From Candidatus Woesearchaeota archaeon (GTDB lineage Archaea > Nanobdellota > Nanobdellia > Woesearchaeales > GW2011-AR9), in contig JACOZP010000009.1 in the NCBI GenBank assembly GCA_016181265.1, positions 1 through 57,226 on the forward strand: 57,226 nt of DNA, written 5' to 3'. Positions 48,075 through 57,226 of the stretch are shown in pieces. Position 1 is the first letter of the stretch. Each line of letters begins with the position of its first letter. Below the pieces are notes generated by a model. That model searched no databases. It worked only from the letters and a program-made list of their open reading frames with translations, and was not told where the DNA came from. Position numbers and translations under genes: made by a program.

Positions 48075-48674
48075 TCACAGCTCAATAATTCTTCCAGTCT
48101 TACCTACGTTGATCACACGCGTGCTGCCAATTACTTCTTCGATGCCATGCGTCTCATGGATATGGCCGCAGATGTGGACATTCGGCTTTAGCTCTTCGAT
48201 TGCCCGACGCACGCCTGAACTTCCCCAGCCTGGCATCTTTAAGCCGATAATGCTGTCATTCGGCTGGACATGGGTGACCATCAATTTTTTTCTAACTCCC
48301 GTTAATGAGTCATGTGCTTTCTTCAACGTCTTAAAAAAATCCTCGTCCTCTAATTGATGAACACCAACATCCGCATACCCGCAACCGAAAATTCCTACAT
48401 CTCCTCTCTTTACGGCATACCCATGTAAATTCTTGATGCCATATTTCTCCGTCAGAAAACCGATCTCAGCCATCCCCTCGTGATTGCCGGGAATGATTGC
48501 CACTTCTAATCCTTTCTCTTTAAACGGGCCGATCAGGCCATGTACATTCCCTGCATGATCTGCCAGATCACCAGCAAGGATGACCAAGTCTACTTTCTCT
48601 TTGGCGCCTTTCTCCGCCATCTGCTTGATGAACGTGCGGTCGCCGTGTACATCGCTGAGTGCTAAGATCTTCAT
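48075..48674 (-). CDS. Calcineurin-like metallophosphoesterase (Icc-related)
   Basis: SDVHG, AGD, PGNHE, TH.QP, CGHIHE. Confidence 0.9.
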   Translation of the reverse strand: MKILALSDVHGDRTFIKQMAEKGAKEKVDLVILAGDLADHAGNVHGLIGPFKEKGLEVAIIPGNHEGMAEIGFLTEKYGIKNLHGYAVKRGDVGIFGCGYADVGVHQLEDEDFFKTLKKAHDSLTGVRKKLMVTHVQPNDSIIGLKMPGWGSSGVRRAIEELKPNVHICGHIHETHGIEEVIGSTRVINVGKTGRIIEL

Positions 48675-48754
48675 CAATGCTCTTTTTCTAAGCAAAGTTT
48701 TTAAATATTTTGCTTACTAACTGATAGGTAGTAATAAATACCAACTAACCCCCC

Positions 48755-49641
48755 ATGAACCGAAGAAAAAAGATCATCCTTGGAATTGCCGGAGTTGGAA
48801 CGCTCATCAGCAGCTGGTTAACCTATACTAAAATTCCCAAATAGTCGAATATTTAATAGGGAATTTTATATATATAAAATGCCATTATTTGTTCGGGATC
48901 TATGGCATTTTAGTATATGATTTCGGCGACGAAATGCTCCACGCCTCTCCACGTGAGATCGCTGTCGAAAAGAAAGTTGGCCGAGAGATCTTCATGAATT
49001 GGACTGATGAGCAAGAACAACGTGATCAGAAAGCGACTCTCGTAGAAAAACTGTATGATGGTGTCCAGCTTTGTTGGGATCATTTTACCAAGCAATGGCA
49101 ACAGGTCGCGTTCATCGAAGTCGATGATCTTGGTGAAGCTATCAACGCCACGATGAATAGCTCTGTGTTTTATCCTAACACTCTTCGTTTGAATTCTCGT
49201 CCTCTTTTCCTTCAAGAAGGGACACTTGTTCACGAACTCGCTCATGCTTGGTATGGATCATTGTCGTGGAAAGAACAGGACCACTTTCGGAAACGGTGGC
49301 TAGACGTGTCTAACAAAGCATATCACCACTGCGGCCCGTATGAAGAGACAGATACTTGCCGTAATCCATTTAAATCGTGTAAAGACTATGTCCGTGAAGC
49401 GGCCACGACAAGCTGTTACGGCGCCTCTTCATTTGAAGAAGACGTAGCTGAAGTTGTCCGGACAGTTTTCTCCCTTAATCGCTATCCTCAAACTTTCCAA
49501 CTCTATCTTCAGAATATTGATCCTCTTTCTTATCGACGTGTTGTTGCGAAGATTCAGCTCGCGGGAGAATTCAATTTTTTCTCAAAAAGAGAAGAAGAGA
49601 CAGCAACAACGCTAATTCGCACTCACTTCGCGCGGAGATGA
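48755..49641 (+). pseudogene. Secreted zincin-like metallopeptidase interrupted by a palindromic insertion
   Basis: HELAH and downstream YG....EEDVAE; signal-like MNRRKKIILGIAGVGTLISSWLT (48755) joins YDFGDEM (48916) in frame when 92 bp are removed. Confidence 0.7.
48824..48917. mobile_element. 90-bp MITE with TACTAAAAT/ATTTTAGTA termini and TA target duplication
   Basis: TA-TACTAAAAT...ATTTTAGTA-TA; internal twin hairpins TAAAATTCCC/GGGAATTTTA and TAAAATGCCAT/ATGGCATTTTA. Confidence 0.75.
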
Positions 49642-50199
49642 CGGCCGGCGGAGTTTAAGGTCCAACACCAAGTCTTCTAACTTACGCAGTTCATACTTCA
49701 CCGCATCGACTTTTCGTCTGATCTCATTATCTCGGAAATCAAACTTTAATAATTCACCATACATCTTGTCGACTTCATCTTTGATCTTGCCTACCTTGTC
49801 TACTTCACCTTTTCCAGCAAGAAAAACTGCTTTCCGCACCAATTCGCCGGGAAGATCGGCCAATCCTAAGACGAAGTGTTCTGGGGCAACATCCAGATCG
49901 ACGAGTTTTCCTTCTTTGACAAACGAAAAATATAAAGCTGCTTCAACATATTCCTGAACAGCCACTTTATAGCTGCCTTCACATTCCAGACGGAGATTCT
50001 TACGCGCGATCGTATCCATCTCTTTCTTCTCTTTCTCCATCCTTTTTAGGAGATCAGCTGCTTCTTTCATCTCGTCGCGATGGATTGCGTAGATAACTTG
50101 TTTTGTCAGCTTTAGAACGTCACGGCTCTTCTTGATCAGATTCTCGCGTTCCGAATCATAATCCTGGATATGTTTTTGTAATTGCGCAAAATGAATCAT
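49612..50199 (-). CDS. Translin/TRAX-family protein
   Basis: RE.LIK.SRD, IYAIHR, QEYVEA, GLADLPGELVR, RRKVD. Confidence 0.85.
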   Translation of the reverse strand: MIHFAQLQKHIQDYDSERENLIKKSRDVLKLTKQVIYAIHRDEMKEAADLLKRMEKEKKEMDTIARKNLRLECEGSYKVAVQEYVEAALYFSFVKEGKLVDLDVAPEHFVLGLADLPGELVRKAVFLAGKGEVDKVGKIKDEVDKMYGELLKFDFRDNEIRRKVDAVKYELRKLEDLVLDLKLRRPSSPREVSAN

Positions 50200-50288
50200 A
50201 AAATTACAAATATCTCCTTTCTTTATAAGACTTTTTCATTAAATTTAAATATCATTTCTCCCTCCTCCTAGAAAGAGGTGAATGAGTG

Positions 50289-50552
50289 ATGGCAAATAAA
50301 TTTCAAAAAGTGTATGATCAGATCCTTAAGCTAACAGATAAAACCAAAGATAAAGTTCTCTTCGATCTGCTCGTTCTGATTACGGGAGACGACGAGCTAA
50401 ATAAGATTTCCGGTATAGAAAGAAACATGTTCATTCGTCAGGCGAAAGACTACTTTGTCGCTAAGGGAAATTTCTCTTATAGATACCGTACTGGTATTCT
50501 AAGCACACTCAAAGTCTACGCGCAAAATATTGTCAGCGCGCGTAAGTTGTAA
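50289..50552 (+). CDS. Hypothetical protein
   Basis: 87-aa ORF with GAGGTGA ribosome-binding site upstream. Confidence 0.6.
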   Translation: MANKFQKVYDQILKLTDKTKDKVLFDLLVLITGDDELNKISGIERNMFIRQAKDYFVAKGNFSYRYRTGILSTLKVYAQNIVSARKL

Positions 50553-50640
50553 GCTTTCAAAAAAGACAATTTCCGATAGATTTATATAGAAAACTCGTTC
50601 CTGAACATTAAAATTATTTAATTATCAAGAGGGAAAAACA

Positions 50641-50871
50641 ATGGAAGAAACTGGCTCACGACCATTAGACGCATTAAACATTGCGCGTAACAAGACCGTC
50701 ATGGTCGATCTCAAGAATGGCTTACGTTACATTGGTAAATTAAAAGCATTTGACATTCATATTAATGTCGTTCTCAGCGATGCTGAAGAACATTTCAACG
50801 GTGAAGTAAAACGGAAATTAGGAACCGTTTTTATCCGTGGAGATACGATTACAATCATCTCTCCTCCTTAA
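50641..50871 (+). CDS. Sm-like archaeal protein (Lsm/SmAP1)
   Basis: RPLDAL, G.LKAFDIHINVVL.DAEE, IRGD; adjacent to L37e as is usual in archaea. Confidence 0.95.
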   Translation: MEETGSRPLDALNIARNKTVMVDLKNGLRYIGKLKAFDIHINVVLSDAEEHFNGEVKRKLGTVFIRGDTITIISPP

Positions 50872-50899
50872 GGAGATGAAATTATTTTAGTGATGCACT

Positions 50900-51073
50900 A
50901 TGTCAAAAGGAACAGCAAGTCACGGAAAAAAGAGTGGAAAGAAAACCCACATTCGTTGCCGCCGTTGCGGTGAACATACATATCATGTTCAGAAGAAGCG
51001 TTGCGCTTCCTGTGGGTATGGAGAAACAGCCCGCCTCCGAAAATTCACTTGGAATAAGAAGAATAAAAAATAG
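50900..51073 (+). CDS. rpl37e: 50S ribosomal protein L37e (not in ORF track)
   Basis: [41 protein letters not shown]. Confidence 0.97.
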   Translation: MSKGTASHGKKSGKKTHIRCRRCGEHTYHVQKKRCASCGYGETARLRKFTWNKKNKK

Positions 51074-51281
51074 AAAAGGGACGATTGGCAGTTCTTCACC
51101 CATCCTAATTTTTTAGTTTTATCTTTCTCGTTTATCTTTTTCAGATGATTTCAAAAAAAATTACAGGCCCTATATTCTCTTTGCTTTTATTCTCCTTTCT
51201 GCGTTTGCCGGAAGTCGGCCTTCTCAAAAGTTGATCACTTCAGAATATTCTATCAGAAAGAGAAAAGTGGTAAGTACATTC

Positions 51282-52010
51282 CTACTGTTTTACAAATCCT
51301 GCTTTAACCGGCTTCTCTTCTTTGACTGTTTCATAACATCGCTTCTTGATGAAGTCATCTCCGATATAATCACAGTACATCGTGTCCCCCGTGACTTCAG
51401 CCAGTCGTGTTCGACAACTGTCACGGACGATGGGACCAACAAGCTGCTGGCAGATCTCGATATCAACGGTTTCCACAGCAACACTAAAAAGACAGGACTG
51501 CTGTCGTTGTTGTGGCAAGATCGGTTGACACAACGCGGAATTATTCGTATCAACGGCAATCTTGTTAAAACAGGTCGATTTCTGCTCTTGATCAAAGATT
51601 AGGGAGCAGTCCTCTCCATTGACGGTACTCGTCGCAAAATGAAAGAAGCAGTTATCTTTCCAATACTGATCTTTAATCTCTAGACAGAGAGACTGGTCGT
51701 TCTTCTCTTCAGCAAACTTCTCTTGACAATATCCTTTTGTCTTTTCTGATGTGATCAAGTTACAGACCGAACTATCTTCTTTCTTGAACGCGAGATCAGC
51801 AACACAAGAATCTCTTATCGTCTTGTCATCAACTTTGCTGCAACGAAGATGGTCTGCATAACAATTATCCTGTGCCATTCCCTCTAGAGAAGCACAAGCA
51901 GTGTCAGCTGCTGCTCCTCCGGTTAAAGAATCATCCGGGATCGTAGTGCCATACGCAACGATTAAAAACGCAAGTGCAATCAGCACTACTCCAATAAACC
52001 ACTGTTTCAT
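51282..52010 (-). CDS. Membrane-anchored cysteine-rich repeat protein
   Basis: N-terminal TM, LTG motif, about 8 repeats of ~25 aa of the form C..I......D.C...A....D...C. Confidence 0.75.
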   Translation of the reverse strand: MKQWFIGVVLIALAFLIVAYGTTIPDDSLTGGAAADTACASLEGMAQDNCYADHLRCSKVDDKTIRDSCVADLAFKKEDSSVCNLITSEKTKGYCQEKFAEEKNDQSLCLEIKDQYWKDNCFFHFATSTVNGEDCSLIFDQEQKSTCFNKIAVDTNNSALCQPILPQQRQQSCLFSVAVETVDIEICQQLVGPIVRDSCRTRLAEVTGDTMYCDYIGDDFIKKRCYETVKEEKPVKAGFVKQ

Positions 52011-52128
52011 AGAAGCGTTCTTGATGGCTTCTTCTTTTAAATCTTATGGAATTCGATTATAGTGGAAAGAGACGAAGTAGAATCTAATCGAAAGATATAA
52101 AAAAGGTGATTAAAACAGACATTCTAGC

Positions 52129-52289
52129 GTGGGCGTGCCGGAGCGGTCAACGTGTTATCAGCAAAGGCGGATAATATGACCATACGGGATAGGCTTAGGT
52201 TAATCACGCAGGTGTGATGAGCATGATGCGATGACAAGAAGACACCTATTAGCTTAGTGCTTACTCAGGTTCAAATCCTGACGCCCACA
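52129..52289 (+). tRNA. tRNA-Leu(TAG) with two introns (D-loop 52151-52183; canonical 52200-52243)
   Basis: Acceptor GTGGGCG/CGCCCAC, anticodon stem ATAGG/CCTAT, long variable arm; D-loop BHB GGTC/GACC with AAC and ATA bulges; relaxed BHB at 37/38. Confidence 0.9.
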
Positions 52290-52340
52290 TATTCATTTCT
52301 TACAGAACATATTTTAAATAAAACATTCTTTTTCTAAAAG

Positions 52341-52991
52341 ATGAGCACTTTCCGTAAAAACAGGGAATACTTTGACCAACAATGGACTGCAGAGAAAGTC
52401 AAAGAAGAAGTAGAAAATGGATTATCTTTGTTGAATGGCATTAATCACAAGATCGTCACTATATTTGGTTCGGCAAGACCAACTCCCCAAGATAAAGTCT
52501 ATCTCCACTGTGAAAACGTAGCACATACTCTTGGAGAGAAAGGATATGCGTTGATCTCCGGTGGCGGGCCGGGAATCATGCACGCCGCAAATAGTGGTGC
52601 AATGCGTGCCAAAGTTCCTTCGATCGGTATGCGCGCGACCTTACTTACTGCAGAACGCATTCACGATCCCATTTTTACTCACGATCTTCAATTTCACTTC
52701 CTCTTCATCCGACGCTTTTTGATGTCCATCAAGAGCGAAGCATTGATTTTCTATCCCGGCGGCTATGGCACGCTCAACGAATTATTCGAGTACGCCGTTT
52801 TGATGCAGACGGGTGTTGTCGATACAGTGCCGATGATTTGTGTTGATAAAGAATATTGGCGGGGCTTGCTTAAATGGTTGGAAGATTCCACGCTGAGAAA
52901 AAAGTTCCTCGACATAACTGATTTACATCTACTCTCATTCGCTGACACGGCTGAAGAAATCATTGCCCAAATTGAAGGAGGGAGAGCATGA
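52341..52991 (+). CDS. LOG family (TIGR00730-type) nucleotide phosphoribohydrolase
   Basis: VTIFGSAR, SGGGPGIM.AAN, PGGYGTLNELFE. Confidence 0.9.
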   Translation: MSTFRKNREYFDQQWTAEKVKEEVENGLSLLNGINHKIVTIFGSARPTPQDKVYLHCENVAHTLGEKGYALISGGGPGIMHAANSGAMRAKVPSIGMRATLLTAERIHDPIFTHDLQFHFLFIRRFLMSIKSEALIFYPGGYGTLNELFEYAVLMQTGVVDTVPMICVDKEYWRGLLKWLEDSTLRKKFLDITDLHLLSFADTAEEIIAQIEGGRA

Positions 52992-53362
52992 CTAAAGACC
53001 GCTATCTTCCCTCGTATTCTCCGGGAGAGATACTTGTCTGTTTTAAAAGGAACTTAAACGTCGGTCAAGAATTTGCACAAGTATTTGGTGAAGGCATAGG
53101 TTATACTTTAGTCAGTGTATGGGAAATAGGAGATGATGTTTTTGTCTATCGGACAGAAGCGGGAAAAGAAGAAAAGGCTTGTTCTGATTTTAAAGAACAA
53201 GGACAGTTTGTGGACTGGGCGGGGCGGCGGGATGCTGGTCTGGAGAAACGTTGGGAATCGCTGGATGATGCGATTGCCGCATTGGAAGAATTACGTGACG
53301 ACTGTGAAATACCAGAAAGAGAATATGGACGAAGAATTGATGAAATTAAAAAGAAGTTGTAA
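52988..53362 (+). CDS. Hypothetical protein
   Basis: ATGA overlap with the LOG gene; YSPGEILVCFK resembles subtilase propeptide-like N-termini. Confidence 0.55.
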   Translation: MTKDRYLPSYSPGEILVCFKRNLNVGQEFAQVFGEGIGYTLVSVWEIGDDVFVYRTEAGKEEKACSDFKEQGQFVDWAGRRDAGLEKRWESLDDAIAALEELRDDCEIPEREYGRRIDEIKKKL

Positions 53363-53369
53363 AGTGGAG

Positions 53370-54020
53370 TTAGGGACGGATATTTCTACTAGCACAATAT
53401 TCCTCTACTCTTCTTTCTAAATCGGGATAGTATGTGGAGGATAATGGACCTCTCGCTTTTTGATGGTAATAGAAAGCAAAAAACCAGGCAAAATGTTCTC
53501 TTAAATTGGCATTGTGCTCAAAGCCATCCTTTTCAAATTTTTCTTTGAATTCCCGAAAATTCCGGCGCGAGGACAAGCTTTCTCCAAAGAGCGCCCTGCC
53601 GACGACATGATCTACAGAATGACCGATTTCATGGATCGTAACTTGTTCTATTGTCATCTCTTTCGTGAAATAATCGCCATGGACCCCAATATAGATATCT
53701 CCTAGTTTAATAGAATAACCATTTTGGGAATGAGCTCTAATGACACCACTATGGTCCACACAAAGCCCGGCTACTTTGTCCCACGTATACCCATTAAATC
53801 CATGAATGTCATTCCTCTTACTCCGCGCGAGATCTTTAAACTCTGGAAATTGCGTTACTGCGCCGTTAAAATAAACGATTCTGACTCCTTGTTGAAAGAG
53901 TATTTCCAGAAAAGAAGGGGGTATCTTATTAAGAACTTCCAACGATTCAATTATTTTTGGCTCGAATGGCGTTAAGCTAGAACGATATTCTATTGTAAAG
54001 GGTGGAACATAATCAATCAT
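53370..54020 (-). CDS. Anthrax lethal factor (ATLF)-like zinc metallopeptidase
   Basis: LNKIPPSFL, W..VAG, IHEIGHSVDH, REHFA..F..YY. Confidence 0.7.
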   Translation of the reverse strand: MIDYVPPFTIEYRSSLTPFEPKIIESLEVLNKIPPSFLEILFQQGVRIVYFNGAVTQFPEFKDLARSKRNDIHGFNGYTWDKVAGLCVDHSGVIRAHSQNGYSIKLGDIYIGVHGDYFTKEMTIEQVTIHEIGHSVDHVVGRALFGESLSSRRNFREFKEKFEKDGFEHNANLREHFAWFFAFYYHQKARGPLSSTYYPDLERRVEEYCASRNIRP

Positions 54021-54023
54021 TGT

Positions 54024-55643
54024 TCACGCCGAAGAGAATAATTTCGCCACTTTCTTCGCTCCAATCGCTAAAATAAACGAAGCTAATCTCGGACCTTTCT
54101 CTTTATTGATGAGAACTCTGTATGCCGCCGTAAAGAAATCTTTCGGTTGCACATCATTATTCTTACAAAGGATATACATCTCCTCGTGAAGCTCCGTATC
54201 TGTCCAAGCGCGTTCAGCTAATTTCTCTGCAACTTGGTGAAGAAGCTTTTGCTCAACGGGTGATACACTCACTGTAGGTTTAGCTTGCACCGTAAACGTA
54301 AACTCTTCCGGTGCATGCGTCAATAACCAATTCTTTGCACACTCTGCTCTTGCGCGCAGCCGTTTCCGATCGTGTTCATTTTTTAATTCTTTTTCGAAAT
54401 AGACGATTGCTTTCTCCACGTCCAATTCATGGATTTGTAATAATGTTGTCAGATGACGGAAGCCAGGTTGATACGGAATTGTTTGGGGAATCGTTCCGAT
54501 ATAACTGAATTCATAGGCGACTTTCTGTTTGATCTCTTCTTTTTCACTGACTTTTTCCAAGCCGAAATAGATCCGTTCACATTTATCAAAATCCTCATAT
54601 ACTTTGAGAACATCGGCATCAAAACTGATGGCAAATTCTTTATTTGGCCGTGTACCTGCAAAAATATACCGCGCAATTTCCGGCTCATAGATCTCGAGAA
54701 CATCTTTAAGGGTGATCACATCTCCTTTAGAACTCGACATTTTCCCCCCGGCGCCTTTGATGGTGATAAAATCATACATCACATACGTTGGCGCATCGCG
54801 ATTCCACACTGCGGTGATGATTTTCTTCCCCGTATCATAACTGCCGCCAACAGTGGAATGATCTTTTCCGCCCGGTTCAAAATCGACGTTCTCGTAATTC
54901 CACCGCATCGGCCAATCGATCCGCCATTTCAATTTGACCAGCGGCTTTTTCTTGAAATCAAAAGTCTCTTGATGTCCACATTCACAAACGTACGAAACCG
55001 TATACCCCCCCAGCCATCTCAGTTTCGTTAGTGTATCTTTATGACATCTCTCGCAGAACATCGTGATCGGCAGCCAATGCTCATCAACGTCTTCCTCACG
55101 ATATTCATTGAGGCATTCTTTGATCAGATCATTATGTTCTAAAGCTTTCTTGATTTCATCAGCATATTCACCAGATCGATATTTTTTTGCTTGATAAAGA
55201 AATTCTGGATTGATTCCCACCCGGGTGATCGTTGTTTCTACTTCTGATTCGTGATGTCGGGCATAGCTTTCATGACAGCCAAATGGATCCGGCGTATCAA
55301 CGATTGGAAAACGTAGATGTTTCAGTAACAAATCCTGTTTTGGCATATTCTTCGGAACTTTGCGGAAAACGTCATAATCATCCCACGAGTAGATGAACCG
55401 TACTTTCTTACCGCGCTTTTCCAGCGCCCGCTTCACCAAATCGACAGTGATAATTTCCCGGAAATTACCGATGTGAACTGTTCCACTGGGAGTAATGCCT
55501 GCGGCAACGGTATATGTTTTCTTATCCCCCTTCTCACGGATAACTTTCTCCGCAGCGACATCCGACCAGTGATAAAGGTTCTCCTGCTCATCACCATGGT
55601 TCTGGTTCTCTTTTTTGAGGGAAGTTCCCTTTGTTTTTGCCAT
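54024..55643 (-). CDS. lysS: Lysine--tRNA ligase, class I
   Basis: HWSD, GITPSGTVHIGNFRE, WRIDWPMRW, EPGGKDH, KMSSSKG, GPRLA. Confidence 0.97.
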   Translation of the reverse strand: MAKTKGTSLKKENQNHGDEQENLYHWSDVAAEKVIREKGDKKTYTVAAGITPSGTVHIGNFREIITVDLVKRALEKRGKKVRFIYSWDDYDVFRKVPKNMPKQDLLLKHLRFPIVDTPDPFGCHESYARHHESEVETTITRVGINPEFLYQAKKYRSGEYADEIKKALEHNDLIKECLNEYREEDVDEHWLPITMFCERCHKDTLTKLRWLGGYTVSYVCECGHQETFDFKKKPLVKLKWRIDWPMRWNYENVDFEPGGKDHSTVGGSYDTGKKIITAVWNRDAPTYVMYDFITIKGAGGKMSSSKGDVITLKDVLEIYEPEIARYIFAGTRPNKEFAISFDADVLKVYEDFDKCERIYFGLEKVSEKEEIKQKVAYEFSYIGTIPQTIPYQPGFRHLTTLLQIHELDVEKAIVYFEKELKNEHDRKRLRARAECAKNWLLTHAPEEFTFTVQAKPTVSVSPVEQKLLHQVAEKLAERAWTDTELHEEMYILCKNNDVQPKDFFTAAYRVLINKEKGPRLASFILAIGAKKVAKLFSSA

Positions 55644-55742
55644 TCTGCCTGTGAACAAAGTGAGTTATATAAAGATTGTGGGAGAAATTCGTCGTTACTT
55701 TTATATACCACAAAACCCTCCTTTAGAAAAAAGAGGTTTGTC

Positions 55743-56624
55743 ATGATTATCACCAGCTGCGGCAATTCTTTATCCATCGCTAAGAACGTAGCACGTCAGC
55801 TGCACGCCACGTTCTCTCCCCTTACTATCTCTTCTTTTCCTGATGGAGACATCTATCTCAAATTCAATACCTCGGTAAAAGGAAAGAAAGTAGTGATCAT
55901 CCATAGTTTTCAGCCAGATGCCGATAAGAGTCTGTTTGATGTTATCTTTGCTGCTGAGACCGCTAAAGATCTCGGTGCGAAAAAAGTCATCCTCGTCGCC
56001 CCTTATTTGGCGTATATGAGACAAGACAAACGCTTCCATCCGGGAGAAGCGATCTCATCTCGCATCATGGCTAAACATCTTAATCCTTGTATTGACAAGA
56101 TCATCACCATTGATCCCCACTTACATCGCTACAAATCATTAAAAGACATCTTTACCGTTTCTACCGTGAAATTAACTGCCAATCACGCCATCGGACACTA
56201 CGTCAAGAACCACATTAAAGATCCCGTCATCATCGGTCCGGACTGGGAATCGTATCAATGGGCGGAAGTGATCGCCAAAGAAGTTGGTTGCGAACATACC
56301 GTTCTGGAAAAAACCCGCTTCTCCTCGCGCCGCGTAGAAAGCAAAATGGTCCGGCCCATCACGTTGAAAGGAAAAAATGTTGTTATCGTTGATGACATTA
56401 TTTCTACGGGCCATACCATGATCGAAGCGTTGAAAAAAGCGAAACAAGAGAAAGCGCGTAGCATTATTGGCATCGGGGTGCATGGTCTCTTCGTAGAAGA
56501 CGGATTCTCTAAGATGAAAAAAGCCGGTTTCAATCAGATTCTTACTACCAATTGTATCGAACATCTGACCAATAAGATTGATATCACTTCTTTACTAGTA
56601 GATGAATTAAAAAAAGAAAGATAA
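55743..56624 (+). CDS. prs: Ribose-phosphate pyrophosphokinase
   Basis: FPDGD, PYLAYMRQDKRF, IDPH, IGPD, IVDDIISTGHT. Confidence 0.95.
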   Translation: MIITSCGNSLSIAKNVARQLHATFSPLTISSFPDGDIYLKFNTSVKGKKVVIIHSFQPDADKSLFDVIFAAETAKDLGAKKVILVAPYLAYMRQDKRFHPGEAISSRIMAKHLNPCIDKIITIDPHLHRYKSLKDIFTVSTVKLTANHAIGHYVKNHIKDPVIIGPDWESYQWAEVIAKEVGCEHTVLEKTRFSSRRVESKMVRPITLKGKNVVIVDDIISTGHTMIEALKKAKQEKARSIIGIGVHGLFVEDGFSKMKKAGFNQILTTNCIEHLTNKIDITSLLVDELKKER

Positions 56625-56654
56625 TTTGGGCTTTATTTTCTCAGTACATCAGGA

Positions 56655-57226
56655 TTATTTTGTTTTGGCTTCAAGATCTGCCGCCCACTTCTGAATGATC
56701 TTAACCAGAGTAATGTTTGTATTAATCCATTGTAAAAGCTCTTTAAGATCAGACTCGAGACGCTGAATCTCTCTTTCCAAGCGGAGCTTAATTGCGCCTG
56801 CTCCTTTTGCCCCATGCTCTTTGTTTTCAAATGAGCGGAGTAGTTCTTCTTCTAGTTCAATCTCTTTTAAATCCATCCTCATCGCACCTTTATAAAATGA
56901 TGCCAGTTTCTCTAGTTTCTTGTCGGCGACAGAAAGTTGACTTTTCATCGTTGGAACGATATGATGTGCTTTGTCCGATAGCTTTTGTTCTAATTCTGAT
57001 AATAAACTATCAAGCTGTCCATCACCTCGGGCAGTTTTCTTTTCTGCCTTGGCCAACCACTTATAGACATGGAGCATCTTATTGGCCAAACGGATAGATT
57101 CATCTACATGAGCTTCTTCTTTTTTCAATTTGTCAAATGCGAGCGACCACCACCGGTGGAACTCTACACCGGATGGCATGCTCGCCTACGGGCTCGGGTC
57201 GCTCGCAGCTTCAAGCAAAGGCAAAG
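56655..57226 (-). pseudogene. Coiled-coil hypothetical protein, 5' end outside window, carrying a 66-bp palindromic insertion with an in-frame stop
   Basis: Frame is open to the window edge apart from a TAG inside the insert; removing the insert gives LPLLEA-AFDKLKKEEAH. Confidence 0.5.
57138..57207. repeat. GC-rich palindromic insertion
   Basis: Termini TGCGAGCGACC / GGTCGCTCGCA; inner hairpin CCGGTG/CACCGG. Confidence 0.65.

Noticed and set aside
50903-51116. ORF-track calls 50903-51103 and 50934-51116
   Set aside because: Shadows of rpl37e (50900-51073)
55473-55742. Long N-terminal extension of prs
   Set aside because: It overlaps lysS on the opposite strand; the family N-terminus begins at ATG 55743
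1-57226. CRISPR array, rRNA, integrase/prophage or full-length transposase
   Set aside because: No regularly spaced direct repeats, rRNA-like sequence or such ORFs seen; the remaining short ORF-track entries are antisense or out-of-frame shadows of called genes

Overview
Archaeal chromosomal segment, most consistent with a DPANN (Woesearchaeota-like) genome. The markers are class I LysRS, L37e, Lsm, SRP54, ZPR1, the OapABC trio, translin, TATA boxes just upstream of start codons, and intron-containing tRNAs without encoded CCA. The first ~26.6 kb is a surface-glycan locus for a modified nonulosonic acid: NeuD-like acetylase, NeuB with an unusual N-terminal 2H-phosphoesterase domain, a deletion-disrupted NeuA, an acetamidino cassette with two amidotransferases plus HisH/HisF paralogs, GNAT, Gfo/Idh/MocA, DegT, GT-B proteins and a flippase. 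Embedded in it (17.2-24.7 kb) is an unexplained nucleotide-processing module: two divergently transcribed HIT-like paralogs with an HxHxK motif, two paralogous Pol-beta nucleotidyltransferases (one fused behind AlkP and RelA/SpoT-type HD domains, one with a degenerate DxN motif), a second AlkP protein and a small RHH protein. The right half holds housekeeping genes (smc, srp54, truD, lysS, prs, three intron-containing tRNAs) plus two defence-like candidates: a SWIM protein with a methyltransferase-HNH fusion, and an FHA-metacaspase next to a diverged CCA/OAS-like nucleotidyltransferase. Short palindromic MITE-like elements are scattered through the window. Three share a covarying twin-hairpin core, and two sit inside genes whose reading frame is restored when the element is removed. 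All family assignments come from motif recognition by eye; no database search was run.
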